NCBI GenBank assembly: GCA_964016885.1
Contig: OZ024742.1
Coordinates: forward strand, 147,746,001-147,810,000
Direction: 5' to 3'
DNA: 64,000 bases
Source of the DNA: Eledone cirrhosa
Taxonomy: Eukaryota
Part shown: positions 36,399 through 50,564 of the stretch, piece after piece
Layout of the letters: every line of letters starts with the position of its first letter
Position numbering within the stretch: the stretch's first letter is position 1
The notes under the pieces: generated by a model
What the model was told of the DNA's origin: nothing
Database searches by the model: none
The model's input: only the letters and a program-made list of their open reading frames with translations
Translations under genes and position numbers: made by a program

Positions 36399-37132
36399 TA
36401 TCAGAACCATATGTTAAGTTATTATCTTCATAATGAAATAATTAATAATTTTAGTCAATCCTTCAAAATTCTTAATCAACTAATTGGAATAGAGTATATT
36501 TCATTAGAACTATGTTCATGAAAGGGGTAAACCAGTGATTTTCTAACTTTGATGCTTCTTCATAATTACCCTGCATTTCAAATTGAATTAAACTCCACTC
36601 CTAAACCCTAGTCTTAACTCTAGTCCTAACCTTTAAATATAATCATAATTTACATAACATTTATTTCAATTTGAAATGTGGGTTAATCATAAAGAAGTGA
36701 CGTAATGTTTTTATTATTATTATAAATCATTCATCATCGTCATCATTGTTAAACATCCACTTTTCCATGCTAGCATGAGTTAGAAGAGTTATCCTGTTGT
36801 CAGCAATGCCAGGTCAGGTGACAATATCTTGCTCATACAGAACTGATTTTGGCTTGGTTTATACAGTTGGATGCCCTTCCTAGCACCAATCTCATTTACA
36901 GTGAGTACTGGGTGCTTTTTTTTTGTTATGACACCTACATGACCACTTTACAGTGTGGACTGCGTGCTTTTTGAGAGTGGATGGAACTGTTCCTGCTATG
37001 TATATGCTTCAGTTACGGCTTGTGCCTGTGGGAATTCGAGTCTTCTGTATTATTGCAGATCTCTGGCGCTATGAAGTAATACAGAAGACTCAAATTCCCA
37101 CAGGCACAGGCCGAAATACAGAGATCTGCAGG

Positions 37133-37332
37133 NNNNNNNNNNNNNNNNNNNNNNNNNNNNNNNNNNNNNNNNNNNNNNNNNNNNNNNNNNNNNNNNNNNN
37201 NNNNNNNNNNNNNNNNNNNNNNNNNNNNNNNNNNNNNNNNNNNNNNNNNNNNNNNNNNNNNNNNNNNNNNNNNNNNNNNNNNNNNNNNNNNNNNNNNNNN
37301 NNNNNNNNNNNNNNNNNNNNNNNNNNNNNNNN
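37133..37332. other. Assembly gap (N run)
   Basis: Run of n characters. Confidence 0.99.
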
Positions 37333-38384
37333 CCTGAATTGATGCTACAGAATATCTAAGAGACGATTCTTATTAGATGTGCTGTGCAATCATTTCTATG
37401 CCTATAACCTTGGCTATCACTTTGGTAGCTGATTCCTGTTCCCTTTTTGCTTAATCATATAGGAGTCCCCATTTTGCTAATGTGGTTTCACGCAGTACAG
37501 GACATTAAGAGTTAATATATACATTACAAAACACACACACACACTTATTCCTTAATTCCTTTTGCTCCCCATGAAGCATTGGGTGACAATAAAGCTCCAT
37601 TCCACATGTTTGCAAGCCTTGTCACAGGCCTGCTCCCATGTCTGCCAGGTCTTTCTCCACAGAACTCAATCACGTCATGACAGCTCTGCCTTGTTTCATA
37701 TGTCTTCCTTCTAGCTTCCATTTGGAGTTCATGGCCAAGCATCTTCCACTGTATAATGATGGTATTTCCCAGATTACTTAGCTGGATCCTTTCCATGATG
37801 TCTTCATTTATGATGTGATCATGCCAAGAAATCCTGTGATAGTGTTACTGAAGAACATTTACCTTCTAATAAATTGTCTACTTAATTACTGTATATACTT
37901 AAATATAAGCCAATCTGAATATATCCCCCCCCCCCCCCCCCCCCCCCCAATTTTATGTCTAAGTCATAGCCAAAAATCCAAACTCCATTATGTGTAGATG
38001 GTGGGATTTTGAAATTCTCATGAGTATAGAATATATTTGTGAAGTTTTAATATTTTGATGTTTAAAATGTTTTAAGTGTCATTTAGAAAATAGTTTTTGT
38101 TTCATGATTCCATTACGTAAGGATTTTCTACCATTTCATTTGTTTTATAAAGTTTAAACAAGTTTCTCAAATTTTTGTTTACTTCTGGCTATTCACATGC
38201 TAGGAGTACTTTTAAAATCAAGAGATCAACTAAGAGAACTTCATAGAGTAAAAGAGGGAGAGAGACAGCAAGCAAGAGAGAAGGAAGGTAGAGTGAAAGC
38301 AATAAAATAAAAGTCAGAAGTAAGATTGAAAGAAAAAAATATTATTAAGTTAGGGAAAAACATGTATGTGAGTGTGCATTTATG

Positions 38385-38429
<45 letters not shown>

Positions 38430-41195
38430 TATTTATGTATTAAAAAGTTCAAATTATAAACATTTGTTGGAAATATTTTCAAGGGAATGCATAGATAATA
38501 CTAGCGATGATGTAGTAAATGTAGAAAAACAGAAAAACAGTGTTTCATTGTAAAATAATCACTCCAGATATTTTAGCACCGTATTAGCATAGAATTCGGA
38601 ATTGGCAAAATATTGACCTTGAATATAAGACCAATTCCCACTTTATCATCGATTTTTTTTGTCACATATCTCTCGGCTTATATTCGAGTATATATGGTAT
38701 ATTATCCATAGAACAGCAACAGCTGACTGACTGGCCAAATGGCATGCTCTTATATATTGACATTTCCATATATAGTTAGATTTAATTGATTGCCAAATAT
38801 GTTGATAATCAATAGTTACATCTATAATGGGCTTTATCTTCCTTGCTGAAAGGGATAAGAAACATAATTTATTGATATCTTTTGGTCATCTAAGAATTGG
38901 TAGAGTGTCAGTTAAAATGCCATTGCAGTATTTGTTCTGGCTCTTTACATTCTAAGTTCAAATCCTGTCATGGTCAACTTTGCTTTCATCTGATAAGATA
39001 AGTACCAGTCAAGTACTGGGGTTGATTGAACTTTGCTCTTCATACAATTTTCTGAACTTGTGTCTATCTATATCAGAAATCAATATATTCTTATCACTAT
39101 TTTTGTTGTTTATGTCTGTTTTTCCCTGATAGCATGAGTTGGATGAGGCCATAGTCTATTTATAAGTGTACTGTATAGTGCTGATCTTTGTCAAACTGCT
39201 ATGCTGTGGGGTACATTGTTTATGAAGAACATAAACAAATGTCATAGCTTTCTTTAAATGGTGTCACTATGAAGGGTAGAGAGGACTCTTCAATCATGTC
39301 AAGGATAAGACAACCTGTCTATTGATAGTGCCACAATAAAATGTAATCTGTACACTTTGTAAAGTGGTTGTCATCCAGCCATAGAAACCATACCAAAGAG
39401 GAATGTATTTGAATGAGATATGCTCCCCATCTGACCCATCTGAGAGAACAGTACCTCCAATTAAGTACTGACTTGGTCTGTAATGACCTGTCTGATGGAT
39501 ATAAAATTTTAACAGAAAGATAATATTATGCCGTGTTGGCATATCAATATGAAAGTTTATTATGCCATGTTGGCATAATAAGAATAAGAGTAATTATTGT
39601 TATTTGTGATGATTGTACACAAGGAGTTGTCCAGCTAATTGTTATAGTGAGAAATGTAATGGTATATTATGTGTGAGAGGCAATGTTAGCCGGGTGTGTC
39701 TGTTTGTTGAAGTAAATGTATGTTTGTATTAAAGAGGAATGTAAGAAGTGAAGTTCGGTTGTAAGTCTTATAACCACGAAAGAAGTATAAAGCTGTTGTT
39801 GTGATAAATACCTTGGAAAAAGGATTCTTTCCATATTAAGTCCAGAGGCGATGGCTTTGGTAAAAACATTATAACACCTGATAACATTTTTACATATTTT
39901 ATTTACAAACCGATTACAAAGTAGGGTTGACATGCCATTTAAAAAGGAACAAACAAATTAAGAATTAAAAAGTAAAGAAAGGCACTCTGCCTGGCTGAAT
40001 GAGGCTGACAGGCCAAAGTGAAACTTTACCGCTACATCATGGCAAGTGTTGACTTCTCGGAGTCCAAGGCAACAAGAGGCTAGTGTAAACAAAAGAAACG
40101 GGGAAAATCTTGAGCTGGCAGAAGTTGATATATATCCATATGCAGCTTACGATTGGTCTAACATAACCAAATCATGCATGGATAGATTATTGATACATGC
40201 CATGCAAATAGCTCTGTTACAAAATGATGACAATGATGATGATAATGAAGATAGTGATAACATTATTTTCCATGCTTGCATGAGTTAGACAAGTTATCAT
40301 GTTCCAAGACTAGACCAGTTAGGTGGCCATATGTTTCCTTATTGATTAGGTTTCTATGGCTGGATGCCCTTCCCAATATCAACCACTTTACAGTGTGTAC
40401 TGAGAGCATTTTATTGTGATACCAGAACTACAACTTTTCAGAGTAGGCTGGGTTTGTTTATTGTGACACCAACACTCTTTGCATTTTCCGTGAATTAAAT
40501 TCACTCATGGTTTAATAAGTTAAAACTTGTTGATTTATTGACAATATGATGATTGACCCAAATTCTAACTACATCACCCATTGAACTATGTCCTTCAGTA
40601 AACCAATGGTATACGATGATTGTTGTCACAGAGTGTGTTATTGTGCTGAATCTACTACTTTGACATAAATATAAAGGAACATACAAACTCTCGACTATAT
40701 ACTTAATATGACATCAATGTGGTTTCAGTTTTGTTTCAGGGTGGGTATTTAATATGGTAGTAATTTTAAAACAAATTACAACCGTATTATATCCTGATAC
40801 TGTAATAAGGTTAAAAATTGGCGGAGTCATTAGAATGTTTAATAAAATGCCTTGGTATTTGTTCCGGCCCTCAGCACAGTGAGTTCAAATCCTGTCTTTC
40901 AGGATCAGTAAATAAAATACAAATCCAGGGGTGGTGAATTGATGGAATTGTTAGAGTCACATGGGATGCTTTGCAGTATCTATTCTAGCTTTGTACATTC
41001 TGATCCTGCTGCCTGTCACTGGAAAAACAGTGATGCTTCTGTCAGGAGTTACAACTAGTTACAACCTAGTCCCCGGGTAGCAGGCTGTAATGTGCATTCT
41101 TAAATACCAACTGAAATATGTGCATGAAGTTTTGTACTCTGCTGGAGGCAGAAATACTAATTAGATGAAAACTGCAAGAACAGAATTATATTTAA

Positions 41196-41400
41196 CTCTT
41201 TAGCATTTACATTACTCTTATACTACTATATTTTCACAGTAAAGGCTTTACTTCACATAATATTGAATCTATGAGATTTTGATATTATTTATTTTGAGAA
41301 TAATACCTTAACATCAGCATGAGTGGCTGGTTACTGTCAGTTTAGACAGAAAAAGGTGAAAGAATTCTGGCTGGATATGGCCAGTTTAAATGCTAAAGGG
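41196..41400. mobile_element. TTAA-type (piggyBac-like) MITE, 205 bp
   Basis: TTAA-ctctttagcattta ... taaatgctaaaggg-TTAA: 14-bp TIR with one mismatch and TTAA on both sides. Confidence 0.7.
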
Positions 41401-43821
41401 TTAAAGAAAATTTCTTATCTTTGGTGGATGTATAGTGCTTGATCAGCATACCCAGAATATATACCCCTATAAACCAGATAACATTGCTTGACCCAATTCG
41501 TTAGATGGATAAAAAATAAATTGCTCCAATAATCATCATCCCACACATATTGGCATAGAAAATATTTTTCCTAATTATTCAAGTATGAAGTTGAAAATGA
41601 AACCTGTTTTTTTTAATCAGCCAAGCATGAGTTTCAAGGCTATATTATGGTTCTAACTACTTATAGCTTACTTATTTAGATTTAGAAGCTCCAGTGTATT
41701 GAGACACATGAGGCAGCCAAAGTGCTCCAATGACTACAGTCAGTTGCATCTATCAATACATCATTCCAACTTTGAAGATGAATTTCAGGTCTCTATCAAT
41801 TGTCTACCGCCAGTTCATCTTGGGTCGTCCTCTTTGCCTCTTTCCATGGAGGTACTAATAGAGGACCTGATTAGCATGTCTCTCAGTTGGTGGGTTCGTT
41901 GATGGACTTCTTTGCTGGTGATAAAGTCATCTCACCTGATGCCAAGGATTTTCCATAGGCATTTGGTGTCAAAAGAATCTAATTGGTTGTCTTGGTTGGT
42001 CTTCTCACTCCACGTTTTGCACGCATCAAGAGCATTGCAAGCACATTGCTATTTAACTGCTTTAATACCAACTAGCCTGAAACCAGTCATGCTACAGTGT
42101 GCATATTTCAATAAATATCTTGATCAAAATCTCATAATAACAAGTGTTGAGTTGAGGTTCCAGTTGTTAAACATCGATATAAAATAAACCAATATATAAA
42201 GTGACAAAGGGTGGTAGGTTGGCATAATTGGTAGACCATCAGATAAAATGCCATTGTAGCAATTTTTCTAGCTCTCAACCTTCTGAATTCAAATCTCATT
42301 GAGGTCAATTTTGCCTTTTATCCTTCTGGGGCTGATAAAATAAAGTACCAAACAAGTAGTGGGATTGATTTAATCACATTTACTGGCCTTAGAAATCAAT
42401 AAATAAAGCGATATATCTTACTAAAAACCCTTAAAAATCAATAAATAAAGTGACATATCTTACTAAAAACCCTCCAAAAATCTTGATTTTATTGAAACAC
42501 AGGCAGCTTATTTATTAGAAATATAATCATGAAAGGCTTAATATTAACTACTCAGTTCTAGCAGCATTTTTTAAATCCTTTTAATACCAACCTACTTAAA
42601 ACTGCCTCTGGTTTTATGAAAGAAAACTCCTCATTTTAAAGGAACCTTATTTAAATTTGTTTTCCAAGATTATTTTATATTAAAAAATTTGCTTAAATTA
42701 TGCTACATACACCATCTAAATATTGAAATAATAAATAATTTTAGTAAATCCCTCCAAATTCTTCATTAATCAATTGTTGTGTATTTCCTAAGAAATGAAA
42801 GGGCTAAACAAATTCTTTAGTTTCTGAAGACAATTTTACTTTTAAAACCTTTATCATAACTTTAAATAAAAATCTTTTGTTAAGATATGTTCCAAGCACC
42901 ATCTTGAATATGAGAAAGTTAGTTATTTTACTAAATCACTCTAAAACCTTGACTATTTAAAAAATTAGATGTAACATAGACTATCTATTTAATTAGAAAT
43001 ATGGTCATGAAAGGGTTAAACATATGATTCACGTTTTCTGTTTTGTAGCTGAATAGTTCTTATTAGTACTGCTTGAGTTGTTCTTTAAACTCATATTAAA
43101 AAAAAAAATTATTTGTCAGATTCAATGACTAAATAGGAAGCTAGGTCTCATTGCCTAACAAGCAAAAGATCACAGGCTGACAAAGTATCATCTGTTCTCT
43201 GCAAACCCATAGTAATTGAAACATCTGATGCTCTTGGCCTCTGAACCAAGATTGCATTTGAGTTAGCCGGGCAACATTCAAAATAGTCCAGTTGAGGGAA
43301 TAATCCAAATGAAGTAGAGTTTTCTAATTTTTCTTTCTTAACCTGTTGACTGCCATGTATATTTTACACAGCTACAGTTACTGTGCCGGTTGTTTTTTCA
43401 GTAAAATGACTATTTAAAAAAAAAACCTTTATTAACAACACATATATGAATGATTGACAAACGTCACATCAATAAACTAGTAAACTCATCTAGCTTTAAA
43501 GTTATGAAGTGTTGGAAAAGAGTTCAAACATATTAGGACGAGTTATCTTGTCTACAACACTAACTGTTTGTTCCAACATATACTTTAGTGCAATCAAGTG
43601 TGGAAACAGCTCATTGATACTCAACATTATTTATAAGGCCATAAAGCAGACATTAATAATAGTTTCTGATTCAGGCAGGCGACCAACAATTTGGGGGAGA
43701 GAGGAAAGTTGATTAAATCAACCCCAGTTCATTACTGGTATTGTATTTTATTGACCTCAAAAGGATGAAAATTCTGTATGATTTTAACTGAATAAAGCCT
43801 TTGGTCACTTCCTTTGAAATA

Positions 43822-43862
<41 letters not shown>

Positions 43863-45309
43863 TATTGGTTGGCTGTTGACTTCCCTGAGTTCCTCCCCTC
43901 ACCAAGCAAGCTTAGTGGGATTGCCAGCTTAGTCAAACAACTCAACTATGTGACAAGTTGTATTGGGTTACATATTACCAATAGTGCTAAAGCATGTATA
44001 CACAAAGGAAACAGTTATCCCATTTAACCAACGCTATTATGGAAACGTGGAAGGAAAAGTAATGACAACAACAATGATTATAATAAACATATGTACACAC
44101 ACATATATTTAAAGTGGTCGTGTAGGTGACATGGTAAAAAGGCTCCCAGTTCACACTGTAAATGTGATTGGTGTTAGGAAGAGCATCCAGCCGTAGAAAA
44201 CCTGCTAAAGACAGTTCTCGCCTCAAGTGGGACAAAACCGTCCAACCCATGATAGCGTGGAAGATGGACATTAAACGATGATGATGATGATATATATATA
44301 TTACAGCCAAATTAGAAAGAATTTCAATCGTTCATGAAAGTGAATCCCAGAATAATAACATACTCAGTCCAGTAAAGAAACTAACTGTCAACTTTATACT
44401 CAATTACATAAAATAAAAAAGAACCGAAACAAATGTTTTATTTGTTTTATTTAAAATTAAATTTAATTCTTAATGAAAAATTAATATTTAAAAAAAACAA
44501 TGTCTTCCTTTGGTGACAATTATATTTCATTTCCTATGACTAGAAGGAAATAAATTTTCTTCATTATCATTCTTCTTTTGCTTATTAGTATGAAATGCTT
44601 CGCTTTAATAAAAATGATTCTTATGAAGGAGTGTTCGTGGTGCGCGATATGAATAAATAAATGATTATATGTATCGAGAAATAATAGTAGCAATAGTAGC
44701 AGCAGTTGTAGTAGTGGTAGCAGCAAACACCATCATAGAGGTGGTTAGAATTTCAGCAGCTGTACATGATGGCAGGAAGAAAATATTTTCGAAGATCTAT
44801 TAAACATTTTTTTTGTATATTTTGTGTTTCAATAGATGTCTTCTTTATCATTCCAAGTTTGAAATTAATATCACTCATTAATCAAGCCAGTCAATTATTC
44901 AGTCATTCATGAAGTAATGTGTTTTTGTTAATTTGTATGAAGTAAATCGTATGTTTCAGAATGATCCTTTGGCTATGGGGGAAAAAATACTACATTAATA
45001 TCAGCAACTAAAACCATTTCACTAAAATAAATATATGAAAGTAATGGTTTCTGTTTTGATAGAAGGCCTAACTATTTGTGGTGAAGATATATAAGTCAAT
45101 TGAATGAAACCCTAGTATATCATTGATATTTATATCAACCTAGAGAGAAATGAAAGGCAATATTGACCCCAGAACCTAGAGGAATGAAACTAAATACTAT
45201 ATTGCATTTAGTCTACTGTTTCAACCATTATGGTCACTCTAATATTCCTTGTTCATTCTGATCACACAAGATGGTTTATTGAAATCATTATCATTATTGA
45301 ACTTACAGT

Positions 45310-46470
45310 ACTTGCGGTACAAACAGGCACGAACAATCATAGCAGGGACAGTAAAAACATCCAAAATTAAGATATGGGAGGACTTTGGGGTTAAGCTGGA
45401 ATCTGACTTCAGATCAGCAAATAAAGTGTTCTAGCAGACCATCTGCTGACTTCATAATAAGCAGTCCTTCTCTGCACCAATCAAGAACGCATCTGGGGTT
45501 CTCCTCTCTTCAAAGAGCTGCATCCTCACAAGGTGGAGAGAATACTTTACTGATCTCCTAAACCCGATCATAATAGCATCTTCTGATGCACATGAGATGC
45601 ATCTGGGAGCGGTAACTAATCTCTTGGAAGCTGAGGTCACAAGAACAATTAAGGAACTCAAATGTGGCAAGGCTGCTGGGGAAGATGAAATTCAGCCCAA
45701 AATGTTAAAAGCCTTAAATAGAGAAGGTATTCTCTGGCTGACTTGTGTGTGCCAGGTTGCATGAAATAAAAAAAAGCATAAAAGAAGAAGTTTGCATATG
45801 TTCTAAGATGTGAGGATCAGCTGGAGAAAAGTGTGTCCAAAATGATAGCTAGGTACTTGCTCTGACTGATGCTGAAATGAAAGAGGCACAAAAGTCTTAT
45901 TACAAGAGGCTATTGAATGAAGAGAATAAATGAGTGAAGTCCTACCCTATGTAGATCCAACTGAAATACCAGCCATAACAGTTAACAGCAGTGTGATAAA
46001 CAAAGCAATGAATGACATGAATGTAGGGAAGGCAGCTGGATCATCAAGTATAGTTGCTGTGATGCTGAAAACATCATGCAGGCTAGTCAGATGCTCAGTT
46101 AATGCTTTTATACCTGGTGTTTGTGGATCTAAAGATCTTTGACAGACTGTAATCTGGTGGGTGCTAAGGAAGCTAAGTGTAGATGAATGGCTCATGAGGC
46201 TCATGTAAGCTCTGTATGAAGGTATAATCAGCAAGGTGAAAGTTGACAATGAATACAGTGATGAATTTGAAGTGCAGGTGGAGATTCAACAGGGCTTGCC
46301 CCTAATTATCATTATCCTTCTGGCCATATAACTCCAGGGAAAATCCTGTATGCTAATGAGTTAGTCCTTATAGTTGAATTCATGGGAGAGTAGAGGCAAA
46401 ATTCTACACATAGAAGAAAAATGTAGAATTGAAAGCTCTAAAAGTAAACTTAGCAAAGACTGAGTTAAAA
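45310..46470 (+). mobile_element. Two adjoining decayed RTE fragments
   Basis: WEDFG..ANKVF, TRWREYFTDLLNP, KELKCGKAAGEDEI; then a PHD-family-like fragment (GKAAG.., LRKLSVDEWL, KVNLAKT). Confidence 0.7.
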
Positions 46471-46539
46471 AAAGTTGAAAAAAAGACAGGAAGCTGATAC
46501 CTGGACCACAAACTTAGAAGTGAACAAACAGGTTTTCGA

Positions 46540-47430
46540 AATGGAAGATCATGCAATGAACAAATATTCATACTTCTTGTATGATATATGCACAGTAGTT
46601 AGAGAGGTAGGTCGAGACCAGCGAGCTAGACCGAGGCATCATTTGCAACACTATGGATTGCCTCCAGGAAAACGTCTGAGGGGGCAATGCTAAACAACAT
46701 GCAATACTATCTGGTCAGGGTCCCCACAGTCACATGCTGGGCTGTCTTTCATTTTTCATCAATGGAAATGATGAGCTTTCCTGGCATGTGTTGTGCCGAT
46801 CTAATTAAGAGACACTCATTACTTTCTGGGAAGGTCAAAGCTGGCTGGTTTAGATGTGGAGTTCTGGGTGAGGTCTCGGTTTGCAAATTTAGACTCATTC
46901 CATGATCTTCACCACTCTTCTTTCAGATCAAAGTTATTGTCCTGAAGGGTCTTCATTGATTCTCAGAATTGTTTGCGTGATTTCAAGCACAAATTGGGAA
47001 GGTTTTCCAGGTTTTCATGGATGGGCAGATGAGGCTTGGACTGACCAGTGAACTATCCATGAAAACCTGGAAAACCTTCCCAATTTGTGCTTGAAATCTG
47101 TAACTGAGTATGCAAGTGCTAAGCACACAGTTCAGAGTGTATGTGCATCAGAACCCCAGCTGTTTCCCGCCAACTTGCGGACGATATTACTCCTGGTCAT
47201 GAGCTTTCCGGCAACCCTCTTTATATGTTCTCAGTAAATTAAGCAGTGATCCAATGTTATACACCAATATTTGGGGTGTGGTTCATTCTTGACAAGTCTA
47301 CCTTAGAAGGAGACATTGAGTTTCATTCAGCTTGTCTGGTGTTGAGATGGAAGGCTGTCACAGTGGTCTTGCTTAGGTTGAAGGCACCAGTAGGGGTAGT
47401 AGTCCTCCATCTTCTTCAGGTCTTCTGTGA
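46540..47430 (-). mobile_element. Vingi/Ingi-like (I-group) LINE 3' fragment
   Basis: Minus-strand translation SKTTVTAFHLNTRQA, RKLAGNSWGSDAHTL.TVCLALAYS and C-terminal CDCGDPDQ..HVV.HCP. Confidence 0.65.
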
Positions 47431-47439
47431 ATGTAAAGT

Positions 47440-48545
47440 TGAGTTTGTCAAAGTCAGTAGATTCACACAAAGGAACATCATTGAGCAGTTACTGGAGTAT
47501 AGAGTCACAGTAGTGATAAATTATGTTGACTTAAAAAAGCCTTTGATAGTTTACACCTCCAGTCTCACTGGAAGATCCTCCATATCTATGGTATTCCTGA
47601 TCATTATATCAACATTTTTAAGTCACTTTATCAAGACTTAAGTTGCTGTGTAAAAAACAGAATCAGGATTTACTGAGTTCTAGTCAATTTTATCAGGAAT
47701 GCATCCTATCCCCCTTCTTTTTCTTGATAATCTTGGATTACAGTCTAAAATGGGGAAGAGTAAAACTGGCAGATTTAGCCTTTGCTAATGACTTAACCCT
47801 TCTCACCAACAATTGCACAGAAATGAAGACAATGACAAATGCCCTGGTTGAAACAGCTGAAAAGGTTGACTTGAGAGTAAATATATCAAAAACAAAAATA
47901 CAGAAAGTTGCCTGCAGTGAAGCATATGAAGTTTCAGTCAATGGGAAAAAGATACAAAAGGTTCAGCACTTCATATATGTTGGTAGCATTCAGACAACAG
48001 ATGGCAATACTGACGCTGACATACAAAAAAGCTGCTGGAGTATTGAACAAACTCCAATCAATATAACAATCGAAGAAGCACACATCTCAAATGAAATTGT
48101 GATTATTCTGATGAACCATTATCTCAACAACTACCTATTTTGCTGACACATGGAAGAGTACTGCCAGAACCGAAAAACAGCTTGATATTTTCCAAAGATG
48201 GCTCCAAAAGATCCTGGCCGTTAGATGGTTAGACAAGATCACAAACAAAGATGTGCTTCAAAGAGCCAATGTCACACGCCTGAGCCTTGTCATCAACAGC
48301 AGAAGAATGCAGCTGGTAGGGTTTGTCTTACGAATGAGGCACAATATACCAGCAAGAATTTCAATGTCATGGTTGCCAGCTGGTAGGAAAAGACCAAAGG
48401 TTGGCCAAAGAAGACCCGGAGATCCACCCTAAAAGATGACCTATGCAGGTATGGCACAAACTGGTTTCAAGCACCAACCTTCGTCAGAAACAGAGAAAGA
48501 TGGAAGAGCATAGTGGACCATTGCTGTGAAGCTGGAGGAACCAGA
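47440..48545 (+). mobile_element. Decayed RTE LINE, RT to 3' end
   Basis: YVDLKK.FDS, QECILSPFFF, DLAFAND, VNISKTK, FIYVGS, G.PKKT.RSTLKDDL. Confidence 0.75.
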
Positions 48546-48783
48546 TGACCAGGTTATTATTAGATATAGCTATCAGCGGGGTCTATAGTGAAGATTTAAC
48601 CACTACATTATTTTAGAAGAGAGGTGCAACAAATCTTCCTCTGTCTAGTAGCTATGGTGAAGGAAGATGTATGGTGGATGTGTCAGGAATTATCCTCTCC
48701 AGCCAAGCTCTTCAAGTTCCACTTAAAAAAGGAAAGTAAGGGTAACAAGAGAGGTTCTGGCTTCTAGTGTTTTATAAAAAAAA

Positions 48784-49273
48784 CTAGCAGTGGTACCCGG
48801 CGTTGCACGGGATAAGGTATTTTGGAACGTGGGTTGCCAACAGACCGTGGAAAAACTGCATGCCTGGACAATATGTAAAGAAAATAAGCCGAATACTCTG
48901 ATGGCTGGATAATCTTTAAGATTTTCCTCGATGAAGCAGGAAAAATGCAGGTTTTCACCTAATGCGGATCAAGAAAATGAATTTTTTTTATGTGCATAAT
49001 ATGCCTTGAAATTTCGAGAAAATCGGCTAGACGTAACGCCTAAAAAAAGCCCTAAAAAGCTGAAAAAATGAAGTTTTTCCCATTGTGGTTAATAAAGAAA
49101 TCATTATTATTTCATTTTATGTTCGCGAATTATGGAAAAGTAATTGATCGATTCTTTTTTTTTTTACTATTGAAAAATATTTAAAGAATATGTATGTCAA
49201 AGGGGGAAAAAACAATTTTATGCTTAATTCTGTAGACAACACTGTTCCACCGATGGTTGTGTATATTTATAGA
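48784..49273 (-). mobile_element. Non-autonomous Helitron, 490 bp
   Basis: Minus strand A|TCTATAAAT ... CCCGtgcaacgcCGGG hairpin, 8 nt, CTAG|T: canonical TC/CTAG ends in an AT target. Confidence 0.75.
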
Positions 49274-49951
49274 TTAGTTCGACTTCACATAATAATTCGT
49301 ATATTCATAGGCTGCTAAATATAAGTTTAAGCAAGGTGAAGTGATATTGTGGAGTGTACTGTTCAGAGAGGTCATAGCCAATCTAAAGATAAAATAACCA
49401 GACGTAGCACATTTTTAGTGGTTACTGAGCATTTACTTGGAGAAGCCTCCCTCTCTGTATTTGAATATCTGTAACGCACATATATATATCCGTATGTAGT
49501 TAACAGCCGGGAGAAAAGAGTACTCCATGCCGAAGTAGAGTTCTTGTCTGATGACCTTGTGAGAAGCAAGCGAAATCCCAGAATAATAATTGTTTCTACT
49601 TTTTGGCACAAGGCCAGCAATTATCCAGTGTATTACTGATACTTTATTTTATCGACCCCGCTCACCATTTAGCCTTAATAAAATGAATATATATGTGTGT
49701 GTAGAGGGAGAGAGAGAGAGATCATTATCTTCCCCAACGAAGACAACAGTGAAACAAAAAGTTCAACAGTAAAGTCGATGTAAGGGAAGTAAACTATATC
49801 AAATTTCCCTGTAGGTTGCACAACTCTTTCGTAACTATATTTTCAATGAATTACACTCCATTTTAATTATTTAATGAAAAATTTTGAGATTTGTTAAAAT
49901 AGTAACTTGTATGCTGGGAGATTTTAATTTAAATAAGAACCTTTTAAAATA

Positions 49952-49994
<43 letters not shown>

Positions 49995-50529
49995 CTTTTA
50001 AAATAGGTTTATAAATATATATGATGGCTGCAAACTCTGCGAAGAGTATTGCAATCGCTTATCGGATTACAGAAAATGGTGCACTTTTAGGCTACGGCCA
50101 GCCACGCGAACCTGTAACATAACCTGAACAAGCAATGCCTGTGCTTTGAAAATTTTTTAAGTGGGGAAAGGCCTTGCACTCAACCAATCCCTATCTGAGC
50201 ATCGAAAACACTACCCGGAAAGGAGAACTGGTCAACATGCTTCCGAAGCCGCAGTTTTTTTTTTCAGAGTTTCCCCCTCTTAGAAAGATGTGACAACTGG
50301 GAGCCTTTCACTCCCAGGTAAAAAAAAATCGGTACTATTTGGATGGTTGTTGACTCTGATGAGTTCCTCCGCCCTTCGCCGAGTCTTGTATTTCATCCCG
50401 CAAGGTGTCCAAATATCACCCTCCTCACCAAGCTAGCTTGGTGGGGTTGCCAGTTTAGTCGCCGACGACCCGACCATGAGATAGGTTGTAATGGGTTACT
50501 ACCAGTAGCACTCACTCGAGAGCGACCTG

Positions 50530-50564
<35 letters not shown>

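Noticed and set aside
37016-37131. Inverted repeat next to the N gap
   Set aside because: Abuts an assembly gap, so it may be a contig-end artefact and cannot be interpreted
39667-43712. Short non-repetitive ORFs and splice-like sites suggesting exons of a host gene
   Set aside because: No recognisable domain or consistent exon chain; needs RNA-seq or BLASTx
50350-50400. CTGATGA as a hammerhead core
   Set aside because: No stem II followed by GAAA and no UH site
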